Assembly (NCBI RefSeq): GCF_016127575.1
Contig: NZ_CP066018.1
Span: forward strand, 1,680,001 to 1,712,000
Reading direction: 5' to 3'
Source of the DNA: Cupriavidus necator
GTDB lineage: Bacteria > Pseudomonadota > Gammaproteobacteria > Burkholderiales > Burkholderiaceae
DNA: 32,000 nt
Below are positions 8,675 to 16,715 of this stretch, piece after piece. Position numbers and translations under genes: made by a program. The stretch's first letter is position 1. Each line of letters starts with the position of its first letter. A model generated the notes under the pieces. The model saw nothing but the letters and a program-made list of their open reading frames with translations. It did not search any database and had not been told where the DNA came from.

Positions 8675-9211
8675 GGCGCGCAGGCACGTCGCTGTGCTAC
8701 GATGGCTGTTCCCGTGATCGCACCGCTGCGGTGCACGGGCCCGGCGGCAGCGCAGCCAGTGAGCGATGTAGTGAGCAACGACTTACACGGCTCGCCTGTT
8801 CAGAGAACCATCCGCTGCCCCTTATCCACCCTTCTGCATGACCATGACTGATCGCCTTACGCCGATGCCCGATGCGCCTGTCCGCCTGATGCGGACCGGC
8901 CGCGCGCACGCGTGCGCGATCGCCACGGCCAACATCCTGCCCCAGCGCGCCGCGAGCGCGGTCTCTCCCCGCCGGATCAGCACACCGCCTGATTCCGCCC
9001 GGTTCCCAGCCTGATTCGTCTCCATAGCGGGGCCCGGGCCGAACCGGGCCCGAGCCAGCGTTTTCAGTTTTCCGGCCGCTGCCGCAAGGCCCGCGCCGGA
9101 TTCGTTGATGTCCGCGCTGCTGCGCAAACGCCAGACCTGCAAGACCTGACCGCCGCCGCCTGCCATGCTGGCCGGGCCGCGCCAAACCACCTGACTGCCG
9201 GAGGACCCGCC

Positions 9212-9631
9212 ATGACGGCCACCAAAACGAATACCGCCACCCTGTACCTGACCGAACTCGACGTGACCCGCCTGGAGCGCATCGCCAGCCGCGCCGACTC
9301 GGCGCAGCTTGAGGACATGCTCGACAGCCTGCTGGCGCGCGCCACCATCGTCGCGCCAGAAGAGATCCCGACCGACGTGGTCACCATGAACACGCGCCTG
9401 GTCTGCAACCTGCCGGGCGAGCAGGCCCCGCGCAACTGGACGCTGGTGTACCCCGACGCGGCCGACTTTGATGCCGGCCGGCTGTCGGTGCTGTCGCCGG
9501 TGGGCCAGGCGCTGCTGGGCGCGCGCGCCGGCCAGACCGTCAGCTACCGGCTGCCCGACGGCCGCGAGCAGCAGGTGAGTGTCGCCGGGATCGCGTTCCA
9601 GCCGGAAGCCAGCGGCCAGTACACGCTTTGA
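9212..9631 (+). CDS. rnk: regulator of nucleoside diphosphate kinase (GreA/GreB C-terminal-domain family)
   Basis: 139 aa. The motifs VTMNTRLV...LVYPDAAD...GRLSVLSPVGQALLGARAGQTV are typical of Rnk. GGAGGA lies 7 nt upstream of the ATG. Confidence 0.85.
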   Translation: MTATKTNTATLYLTELDVTRLERIASRADSAQLEDMLDSLLARATIVAPEEIPTDVVTMNTRLVCNLPGEQAPRNWTLVYPDAADFDAGRLSVLSPVGQALLGARAGQTVSYRLPDGREQQVSVAGIAFQPEASGQYTL

Positions 9632-9912
9632 GCCGCATCCTGAGCCAAATCCCAGCCGCCTGAGGCGTGCTGCCGGGGCCACGCAGGCGCGTCCTGCGCC
9701 GCGTGTGCCCGGCAATCCATCGACACCATTCATCGGCAAGCCAGACGTTTCACGACTCGCAACGCACCATTCGTCGCAGCGGTATTTCTGCTTGCGCGGA
9801 CTGTGACTAATCTTCAGTCCGTGCTCGCATCGCAACATAGATTGCAGGGCGGCCGGAGTCTCATCCCGGTCCATACAAGAAAGAACGACGAAATCAGTTG
9901 AAGGAGTCCCAA

Positions 9913-10326
9913 ATGATCGCCAGACGTATCCTTGGCGGCGCGCTTGTGTTCGCGGCGGTCGCCGCGTCCGCTGTGGCGTTGGCTGCCCCCGCTGCCAGCA
10001 AGGTTGGCAAGTTTGATGTGTACGCCGATGCGCTGAAGGCCGGCAAGTACGATGTGTATACGGACGGCGCCAAGCAAGGCAAGTTCGATACATACACGGA
10101 CGGAGCCCGCACCGGCCGCTTCGACCCGTACTCGGAAGGCTCGCGCCGCGACGGCAAGTTCGACAGCTTCACCGAAGGCTCGCATAGCTTCAGCGGCGAG
10201 ATCTCGAAGAAGGACAAGTTCGATACCTTCAGCGAAGGTGCGCACACCTTCACCGGTGATATTGCCGATCGTGCGCTCGACAATTCCCGCACGGGTGACG
10301 GCTCGCTGTACGGCTATCGCGTCTGA
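9913..10326 (+). CDS. secreted repeat protein of unknown function (six G-K-F-D-x-[YF]-[TS]-[DE]-G units)
   Basis: I prefer the start at M6 of ORF 9898..10326, which has GGAG 7 nt upstream. Signal peptide MIARRILGGALVFAAVAASAVALA|AP. The mature part consists almost entirely of the repeats, and a hairpin terminator follows. Confidence 0.7.
   Translation: MIARRILGGALVFAAVAASAVALAAPAASKVGKFDVYADALKAGKYDVYTDGAKQGKFDTYTDGARTGRFDPYSEGSRRDGKFDSFTEGSHSFSGEISKKDKFDTFSEGAHTFTGDIADRALDNSRTGDGSLYGYRV
10006..10260 (+). repeat. in-frame tandem coding repeats of about 36 bp inside the secreted protein gene
   Basis: The units begin ggcaagtttgatgtgtac / ggcaagtacgatgtgtat / ggcaagttcgatacatac / ggccgcttcgacccgtac / ggcaagttcgacagcttc / aagttcgataccttc. 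They are diverged at the DNA level but conserved at the peptide level. Confidence 0.7.
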
Positions 10327-10354
10327 TCCTCGCAGGTCTTCCCAAAGACCTCGT

Positions 10355-10386
10355 GCGGCCACTGCGGTGGCCGCAAGTTTTCTCTC
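10355..10386 (+). terminator. rho-independent terminator of the repeat-protein gene
   Basis: Stem GCGGCCAC (10355-10362), loop TGCG, stem GTGGCCGC (10367-10374), then AAGTTTTCTCTC. Confidence 0.6.
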
Positions 10387-10484
10387 CCGCCTGCCCGGCT
10401 GACCTCCTCCTCCTTCTCTCTTCGCCAGGCAGGCGCTTTTCTCTTCCCTCGGCTCGTGACCGCGTTAGCGCGCAGGCATGCTCC

Positions 10485-13400
10485 TCATGCCGAAGGCGGC
10501 TGCGTGGCGGTCGAGTCGTGTCCGGGCTCCGGCTGCGCGCGCGGCAACCTGCGCGCGATCGCGGCATAGAGCAGCGGCACCGCCAGCGTACCCAGCACCG
10601 TCGCACCCAGCATGCCGCCCAGTACGCCGGTGCCGACCGCCTGTTGCGCACCCGCGCCCGGGCCGGTGCTGATTGCCAGCGGCACCACGCCCAGCACAAA
10701 GGCCAGCGAGGTCATCACCACCGGCCGCAGCCGCTGGCGCGCCGCGCGCGTGGCGGCCTCCACCGCGCCCATGCCCGCGCCGCTGCGCCGCAACTGCTCG
10801 GCATATTCGACGATCAGGATCGCGTTCTTGGCCGCCAGCCCCATGATCACCACCACACCCACCTTGAAGTAGACATCGTTGGGCATGCCGCGCAGCCAGA
10901 TCGCCGCGGCCGCGCCCATCAGGCCGGTCGGCACGATCGCGATCACCGCCAGCGGCAGGGTCCAGCTTTCATACAGCGCCACCAGGCACAGGAAGATAAA
11001 CAGCAGCGACAGCGCGAACAGCCACGGCGCCTGCGTGCCGGTCTGCTCCTGCTCGAAGGCGCGCCCGGTCCAGCGCACGTCGTATTCCGGCCCCAGCTCG
11101 CGCACCAGTTCGGCCAGCCGCGTCATGGCCGCGCCGGTGGTGTGGCCCGGCGCGACCTCGGCATTGATGCGCACCGAGCTGAAGCCGTCGAAGCGCTCCA
11201 GCGTGACCTCGCCGCGCCCCCATTCCAGCGAGGCGAACGCGGCCAGCGACACCATCGCGCCCTGTGCGTTGCGCACGTGCACGCGCGCGAGCTGGTCCGG
11301 CTGCATGCGGAACGGCGCGTCGGCCTGCAGGATCACGCGGCGCACGCGGCCCTCGCGCGCGACTTCGTCGATATAGCGCGAGCCCAGCGTGGCCGACAGC
11401 GTGTGGTGCACGGTATCGGCATCGACGCCGAAGGCCTCGGCCTTGCGGTAGTCGATTTTCAGGTCCAGCGCCGGCACCGGCTGGCCGGTGGTGGCGCGCA
11501 CCTCGCCCAGCACCGGGTCCTGCCTGGCGCGCTCAAGCAGTTTGTCGCGCGCGGCGAAGAGCGCCTCGCGCCCCACCGGCTGGCGCGCCACCAGGCGCAT
11601 GTCCAGGCCGCCGATGCTGCCCAGTTCCGGCAGCGCCGAGCTGTTGTACGCAAACAGCTGCGCCGCGCCGCGGCCTGGCCAGGTTTCCAGCCCGGCCGAC
11701 AGCCGCTCCAGCACGGCCTGGGCCGTGTGCTTGCGTCCGCGCGCTTTCCAGTCGGTCAGGCCGATATACAGGCTGGCGCGCTGCTCGCCGCTGCCGCCGC
11801 TGGACCAGCCCAGCACGGCAAAGCTCGAATGCACCGGGTAGTGCTGGTCGCGCATCCACTGTTCCAGCCCGGCCACCAGCCGGCGCGTGTCGGCCTGCGT
11901 GCTGCCGGCGGGCAGCTCGACATCGACCACGATCTCGCCGGTATCCTCTTCTGGCAGGAAGCCGCTGGGCATCTTCCACAAGGCGTAGCCGCATGCCAGC
12001 GTCAACGCCAGGTAGACCGCCAGCCAGCGCAGCCGCCTGCGCTGCAGCGCCTGCACCCAGCCGGCATAGCGCCCGGTGAAGGCGGCAAAGCGCGCATCGA
12101 ACCAGGCCAGCGGCCCGCGCGCCGGCGCCGCGCTGTGGCGCAGCAGGCTGGCGCACATGGCCGGCGCCAGCGTCAGCGCAAAGAACAGCGAGAACGCGAT
12201 CGATACCGCCAGCGTCACCGCGAAGTGCCGGTAGATCACGCCCACCGCGCTGCCGAAGAACGCCATCGGCACGAACACCGCGCACAGCACCAGCGTCACC
12301 GCCACCAGCGCGCCCGAGACCTCGCGCATCGAGCGCGCCGCGGCCTGCATCGCGCCCACGCCGTCGGTGCGCATGATGCGCTCGACGTTCTCGACCACCA
12401 CGATGGCGTCGTCCACCAGGATGCCGATCGCCAGCACCACGCCGAACAGCGTGATCACGTTCAGCGACAGCCCCAGCGCATACAGGCACGCGACCGTGCC
12501 CAGCAGCGATACCGGCACCACGATGCACGGGATCAGCGTGGCGCGCAGGTTGCCCAGGAACAGGTACAGGATCAGGAATACCAGCACCGTGGCTTCGACC
12601 AGCGTCAGCACCACGCGCGAGATCGACGCCTGCACGAAGGTGGCGCCGTCGTAAGAGATCTCATAGCGCACGTCGCCGGGGAAGCCCTTGCTGGCGGCAT
12701 CGAGCGCGGCGCGCACGGTGCGCGAGGTCTGCAGCACGTTGGCGCCGTCGGCCAGCTTCAGCCCGATCGACGCGGCGTTGCGAGTGTTCAGCGTGGAGCC
12801 GTAGCGGTAGTCGCTGGCGGCCAACTCCACCCGCGCCACGTCGCGCAGCAGCACGGCCGAGCCGTCGGTGGCCGCGCGCACCACGATGCGCCCGAACGCC
12901 TGCGCATCGCTCATCGGCGCGGGCGGACGCACGATCGCCTGGAACGGCTGGCCCGGCAGCGCCGGCGCGGCGCCCAGCTGGCCGGGGGTCACGTTGCCGT
13001 TGCGCGCGCGGATGGCGGCCTCGACCTCGGCCGTGGTCAGGTTGAAGGCGTGCAGCTTGTCGGGATCGAACCAGATCCGCAGCGCGTACTCGGCGCCGTA
13101 TGGCTCGGCCTTGCCGATGCCGGGCAGGCGGCGCAGCAGCGGCAGCACCGAGCCCGCGGCAAAGTCGCCCAGCGCGGTCTCGTCCAGTTGCCCGCTGTCG
13201 GACACCAGCGACACGTACATGAAGGCGCTGCTGCTGGCCTGGTCGACATAGACGCCGCCGCGGCGCACCGCCTCGGGCAGCAAGGGCTCGGCCTGCGCCA
13301 CGCGGTTGCGCACGTTGACCTGCGCCAGCTGCGGGTCGGTGCCCTGGCGGAAGCCCAGCGTCACCGTGGCGGTGCCGCCCTCGCTGCTGGAATCCAGGTA

Positions 13401-13628
13401 GAGCAGGCCGGGGATGCCGTGCATCTGCTGCTCCAGCACCGCGGTGACGCGGTCCTCCACCGTGCGCGCTGACGCACCCGGGTAATCGGCATAGACGATC
13501 ACCGTGGGCGGCGCCACCGCCGGGTACTGGGCGATGGGGATGCGGTTCAGGGCCACCAGGCCCGCTACCACGGTCAGGATGGCCAGCACCCAGGCAAACG
13601 CCGGGCGCTTCAGGAAAAACGACGCCAT
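10485..13628 (-). CDS. RND efflux permease, HAE1 (AcrB/MexB-like) family
   Basis: 1047 aa. N-terminus MASFFLKRPAFAWVLAILTVVAGL..IPIAQYPAVAPP. TM4 signature VLAIGILVDDAIVVVENVERIM. Length and 12-TM architecture are typical of AcrB. Confidence 0.95.
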   Translation of the reverse strand: MASFFLKRPAFAWVLAILTVVAGLVALNRIPIAQYPAVAPPTVIVYADYPGASARTVEDRVTAVLEQQMHGIPGLLYLDSSSEGGTATVTLGFRQGTDPQLAQVNVRNRVAQAEPLLPEAVRRGGVYVDQASSSAFMYVSLVSDSGQLDETALGDFAAGSVLPLLRRLPGIGKAEPYGAEYALRIWFDPDKLHAFNLTTAEVEAAIRARNGNVTPGQLGAAPALPGQPFQAIVRPPAPMSDAQAFGRIVVRAATDGSAVLLRDVARVELAASDYRYGSTLNTRNAASIGLKLADGANVLQTSRTVRAALDAASKGFPGDVRYEISYDGATFVQASISRVVLTLVEATVLVFLILYLFLGNLRATLIPCIVVPVSLLGTVACLYALGLSLNVITLFGVVLAIGILVDDAIVVVENVERIMRTDGVGAMQAAARSMREVSGALVAVTLVLCAVFVPMAFFGSAVGVIYRHFAVTLAVSIAFSLFFALTLAPAMCASLLRHSAAPARGPLAWFDARFAAFTGRYAGWVQALQRRRLRWLAVYLALTLACGYALWKMPSGFLPEEDTGEIVVDVELPAGSTQADTRRLVAGLEQWMRDQHYPVHSSFAVLGWSSGGSGEQRASLYIGLTDWKARGRKHTAQAVLERLSAGLETWPGRGAAQLFAYNSSALPELGSIGGLDMRLVARQPVGREALFAARDKLLERARQDPVLGEVRATTGQPVPALDLKIDYRKAEAFGVDADTVHHTLSATLGSRYIDEVAREGRVRRVILQADAPFRMQPDQLARVHVRNAQGAMVSLAAFASLEWGRGEVTLERFDGFSSVRINAEVAPGHTTGAAMTRLAELVRELGPEYDVRWTGRAFEQEQTGTQAPWLFALSLLFIFLCLVALYESWTLPLAVIAIVPTGLMGAAAAIWLRGMPNDVYFKVGVVVIMGLAAKNAILIVEYAEQLRRSGAGMGAVEAATRAARQRLRPVVMTSLAFVLGVVPLAISTGPGAGAQQAVGTGVLGGMLGATVLGTLAVPLLYAAIARRLPRAQPEPGHDSTATQPPSA

Positions 13629-13959
13629 GTCAGGTCAGGGCTGGCACGGGCGCACGGCAAGTGAAGATCGGCCGTGGCTCCGGTGCGGTTGGAACGGAAC
13701 GGCTTGGGTGTGGAGACGCCGCAAGGCTTAGCGGCAAGAGGCGTCGAGTCGCGGCAAAGCCGGGCCGATGTTGCTGATGGTGCAGATCTGGCCGCGTGTC
13801 GGGTCGCCTGTCGGTCAGGGGGCGCGTGGCCCGCAGACCGGGGCCGGCGTGCACCGCGGCGCTTGCAGGGGTCCTGAGGGGAGAACCCGGCGCTGCGGCA
13901 GGAAGGATCGGTGAGGATCGACGCCGGCGACTGGCCGTCGCAATGCGGCCTTGCCGGCG

Positions 13960-13988
13960 ATTATAGACAGGGAACAAAGTCCGGGCAA
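13960..13988 (-). promoter_or_regulatory. candidate sigma70 promoter TTGCCC-N17-TATAAT directed toward the RND gene
   Basis: On the minus strand, TTGCCC (13983-13988), an exact 17-nt spacer, and a perfect TATAAT (13960-13965). It lies about 50 bp downstream of the ypfJ-like stop and would give a leader of about 320 nt. Confidence 0.4.
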
Positions 13989-14040
13989 CGCAAACATCAC
14001 ATTGTCGGCACCCTTCCCACGTCGGGGGTGGAGCCTGCGC

Positions 14041-14910
14041 TTACAGGTCGCGCGAGGCGAAGGTATCGCACTTGCGGATATCGCCGGACTCGATGCCGCG
14101 GCGCAGCCAGCGCACGCGCTGCTCGCTGGAGCCATGGGTAAAGGCCTCCGGCACGACATAGCCCTGCGACTGGCGCTGCAGCCGGTCGTCGCCGATCGCG
14201 GCGGCGGCCTTCAGGCCTTCTTCGATATCGCCGGGCTCCAGCAATTGCTGGTTGGCGCGCTGCGCGGTGGCGGCCCAGACACCTGCCAGGCAGTCGGCCT
14301 GCAGTTCCATGCGCACCGAGAGCTGGTTGGCCTGCGCCTCGCCCATGCGGCGGCGCGCGCTGTCGACCTTGTCCGATACGCCCAGCAGGTTCTGCACATG
14401 GTGGCCGATCTCGTGCGCGATCACATAGGCCTGGGCAAAGTCGCCGCTGGCGCCGAAGCGCTGGCGCAGCTCGTCATAGAAGGCCAGGTCGATATAGACC
14501 TTCTGGTCGCCGGGGCAGTAGAACGGACCCATCGCCGACTGGCCGGTGCCGCATGCCGTGGGTGTGGCGCCCGAGAACAGCACCAGCGTGGGGGGCGCAT
14601 AGCGGCGGTTCAGCTGGGCTTCAAAGATGTGTTGCCAGGTGCGCTCGGTATTGCCCAGCACCTTGCGCGTGAACACCGTCATCTGATCCGTCGCCGGCGG
14701 GCGGTTCGCCTGCTGCTGTTGCTGCTGCGGGCCGGAGCCCTGCAGCACCGAGGCGCCCTGCATGATCAGCATCGGGTCGATGCCGAAGAAATAGGACGCC
14801 GCCAGCGCGACGATGACCGTGCCGATGCCGATGGTCTTGCCGCCGACACCGCCGAATCCGCCGCGGCGGTCTTCAACGTGCTGGCTTTCGGCTTCGTCAT
14901 CTAGGCGCAT
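14041..14910 (-). CDS. ypfJ: YpfJ-family putative neutral zinc metallopeptidase
   Basis: N-terminal TM segment, Gln-rich spacer (QQQQQQ), and HExxH in AYVIAHEIGHHVQNLLG. It also carries SVRMELQADCLAGVW and the C-terminal THGSSEQRVRWLRRG typical of Pfam Zn_peptidase (YpfJ). GGAG lies upstream. Confidence 0.9.
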   Translation of the reverse strand: MRLDDEAESQHVEDRRGGFGGVGGKTIGIGTVIVALAASYFFGIDPMLIMQGASVLQGSGPQQQQQQANRPPATDQMTVFTRKVLGNTERTWQHIFEAQLNRRYAPPTLVLFSGATPTACGTGQSAMGPFYCPGDQKVYIDLAFYDELRQRFGASGDFAQAYVIAHEIGHHVQNLLGVSDKVDSARRRMGEAQANQLSVRMELQADCLAGVWAATAQRANQQLLEPGDIEEGLKAAAAIGDDRLQRQSQGYVVPEAFTHGSSEQRVRWLRRGIESGDIRKCDTFASRDL

Positions 14911-15065
14911 GGGGGACTCCGGGGGGGAGGGGAAATTGCGGGGTGGGAGGATGGCAAGCAGTATAGCAATCCAGTGTCAGCTGCTGTTTTCGGTGCCGGA
15001 CACCAGGCCCAAACAAAAAAACACCACCCACTCGCCCTGGAGACGGGCAACGCAGGCGGTGTGCG

Positions 15066-15097
15066 GCAAAACAAAGAAACCGGGTCTGCACCCGGTT
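15066..15097 (-). terminator. rho-independent terminator after pyk (end of the gcl operon)
   Basis: The minus strand reads AACCGGGT-GCAG-ACCCGGTT followed by TCTTTGTTTTG. It lies 46 bp after the pyk stop. Confidence 0.7.
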
Positions 15098-15142
15098 CCG
15101 TCATGACGCGAACGTTCCGGGACGGGAACGCAAGCAGCGCGG

Positions 15143-16606
15143 TCAGGCCAAGGCGGCCTCGCGCGCAGCCGGTGCGGTTGCCACCGCGCTGGCGCCAACT
15201 TCAGCCACGCGCAGCAGGTTGGTGGTCCCGCCTTGCCCGAACGGCATCCCCGCGGCGATGGTGATCTGGTCGCCAGGCACGGCATAACCTTCGGCCACCG
15301 CCGCGCGCGTGGCGGCTTCGACCATTTCATCCACGCTCTGCACATCCGGGCTCACGGTGGAGTGGACGCCCCAGGCAATGGCCAGGCGGCGCGCGATTTC
15401 CAGGTTTGGCGTGATGCTGACGATCGGTGCGCACGGCCGCTCGCGCGCGGCGCGCAGCGCGGTGGCGCCCGAGGACGTGTAGGTCACGGTCGCGACGGCG
15501 CCGATGATCTGCGTGACTTCGCGCAGCGCCGCGCAGATCGCATCCTGGCGCGTGTTCAGCGGGGTCTCGTGCTGGGCGTCGAGCAGGTTGCGGTACAGCG
15601 GGTCGCGTTCCACCTCGGTGACGATGCGGTTCATCATCGACACCGCCGGCACCGGGTAGCGGCCGTTGGCCGACTCGGCCGACAGCATCACCGCGTCGGC
15701 GCCTTCATAGATGGCGCTGGCCACGTCCGACGCTTCGGCGCGGGTCGGCACCGGCGAGTCGATCATCGATTCCAGCATCTGCGTGGCGATCACCACCGGC
15801 TTGCCCAGCTGGCGGCACACGCGCAGGATGCGCTTCTGCACGCCGGGCACGCGCTCGGGCGGCAGTTCCACGCCGAGGTCGCCGCGCGCCACCATCACGG
15901 AATCGGACACGCGCACGATCTCTTCGAGCTGCTGCAGCGCGGCCGGCTTCTCGATCTTGGACAGGATGCCGGCACGGGTACCGACGATCTCGCGCGCTTC
16001 GACGATGTCGGACGGGCGCTGCACGAACGACAGGCCGATCCAGTCAGCGCCCAGCGACAGCGCGAAGTCCAGGTCCTTGCGGTCCTTCTCGGTCAGCGCG
16101 GGGATGGGGATCACGGCGTCGGGCACGTTCACGCCCTTGCGGTCGGACAGCGTGCCGTTGTTGACCACGCGCGTGGTGATGGTGCCGGTGGTCACCGCCT
16201 CGATCGACAGGCGTACCTTGCCGTCGTCGATCAGCAGCGACTGGCCCGGCTGCGCGGCGGCGAACAGTTCGGGGTGCGGCAGGTAGACGCGGGTGCCGTC
16301 GCCCGGGGTGGGATCGCTGTCGAGCACGAATACATCGCCCGCGCGCACCGCGACCTTGCCGGCGGCGAAGGTGCCGATGCGCAGCTTCGGGCCCTGCAGG
16401 TCGGCCAGGATCGCGATCGGGCGGCCAGTTTCGGCCTCGATCTTGCGCACGGCATCGTAGCGCGCGCGGTGGTCTTCGTGCGTGCCGTGGCTGAAGTTCA
16501 GCCGGAACACGTCGGCGCCCGCCTCGAACAGTTCGCGGATTACCGCGATGTCGGTGCTTGCGGGTCCAAGCGTGGCAACGATCTTCGCTTTGCGCTGGCG
16601 TCTCAT
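15143..16606 (-). CDS. pyk: pyruvate kinase
   Basis: MRRQRKAKIVATLGPAS...FRLNFSHG...MVARGDLGVE. 487 aa. It is the last gene of the glycerate-pathway cluster. Confidence 0.95.
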   Translation of the reverse strand: MRRQRKAKIVATLGPASTDIAVIRELFEAGADVFRLNFSHGTHEDHRARYDAVRKIEAETGRPIAILADLQGPKLRIGTFAAGKVAVRAGDVFVLDSDPTPGDGTRVYLPHPELFAAAQPGQSLLIDDGKVRLSIEAVTTGTITTRVVNNGTLSDRKGVNVPDAVIPIPALTEKDRKDLDFALSLGADWIGLSFVQRPSDIVEAREIVGTRAGILSKIEKPAALQQLEEIVRVSDSVMVARGDLGVELPPERVPGVQKRILRVCRQLGKPVVIATQMLESMIDSPVPTRAEASDVASAIYEGADAVMLSAESANGRYPVPAVSMMNRIVTEVERDPLYRNLLDAQHETPLNTRQDAICAALREVTQIIGAVATVTYTSSGATALRAARERPCAPIVSITPNLEIARRLAIAWGVHSTVSPDVQSVDEMVEAATRAAVAEGYAVPGDQITIAAGMPFGQGGTTNLLRVAEVGASAVATAPAAREAALA

Positions 16607-16630
16607 GATGTCTCCTCTTCCATTCGCGGA

Positions 16631-16652
16631 CGGCGCGCCATGTGGCGCGCCG
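16631..16652 (-). other. intercistronic perfect palindrome CGGCGCGCCA-TG-TGGCGCGCCG (ttuD/pyk spacer)
   Basis: 10-bp perfect arms located 25 nt upstream of the pyk ATG, just before its GGAAGAGGAGA RBS. There is no U-tract. Confidence 0.6.
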
Positions 16653-16715
16653 GGTAATGCTGTTCAGGTGAACGACTGCTTCGGTATGGCGGTACTGCGC
16701 TGACGACTGCAGGAC

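Noticed and set aside
8141-9148. 12-mer CTGCAAGACCTG (with adjacent CCAGAC) present at 8141-8152 and 9137-9148, each about 65 bp upstream of a + strand start codon (MerR gene, rnk)
   Set aside because: By my rough count, tens of exact 12-mer coincidences are expected by chance in 32 kb of biased sequence. The flanking CCAGAC is in permuted order. There is no palindromic or promoter-like structure.
10403-10423. 21-nt polypyrimidine tract CCTCCTCCTCCTTCTCTCTTC in the convergent spacer between the repeat-protein gene and the RND gene
   Set aside because: It is short and single-copy, and it is not mirror-symmetric enough to argue for H-DNA. It is most simply part of the terminator-distal spacer.
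10353-13472. 1039-aa ORF on the + strand, the longest plus-strand ORF in the window
   Set aside because: It is exactly antisense to the AcrB-like RND gene. The translation is Arg/His/Gln/Ala-rich low complexity with no domain-like text. Stop-free antisense frames are expected at this GC content.
13630-13977. 115-aa minus-strand ORF ending 1 nt before the RND start, considered as a remnant membrane-fusion-protein gene
   Set aside because: It has a TTG start lying inside the predicted promoter and only about 65% GC3, unlike real genes here. The sequence is Pro/Arg-rich with no MFP-like C-terminus. Neither of the other two frames over the last ~230 bp (13629-13860) looked MFP-like.
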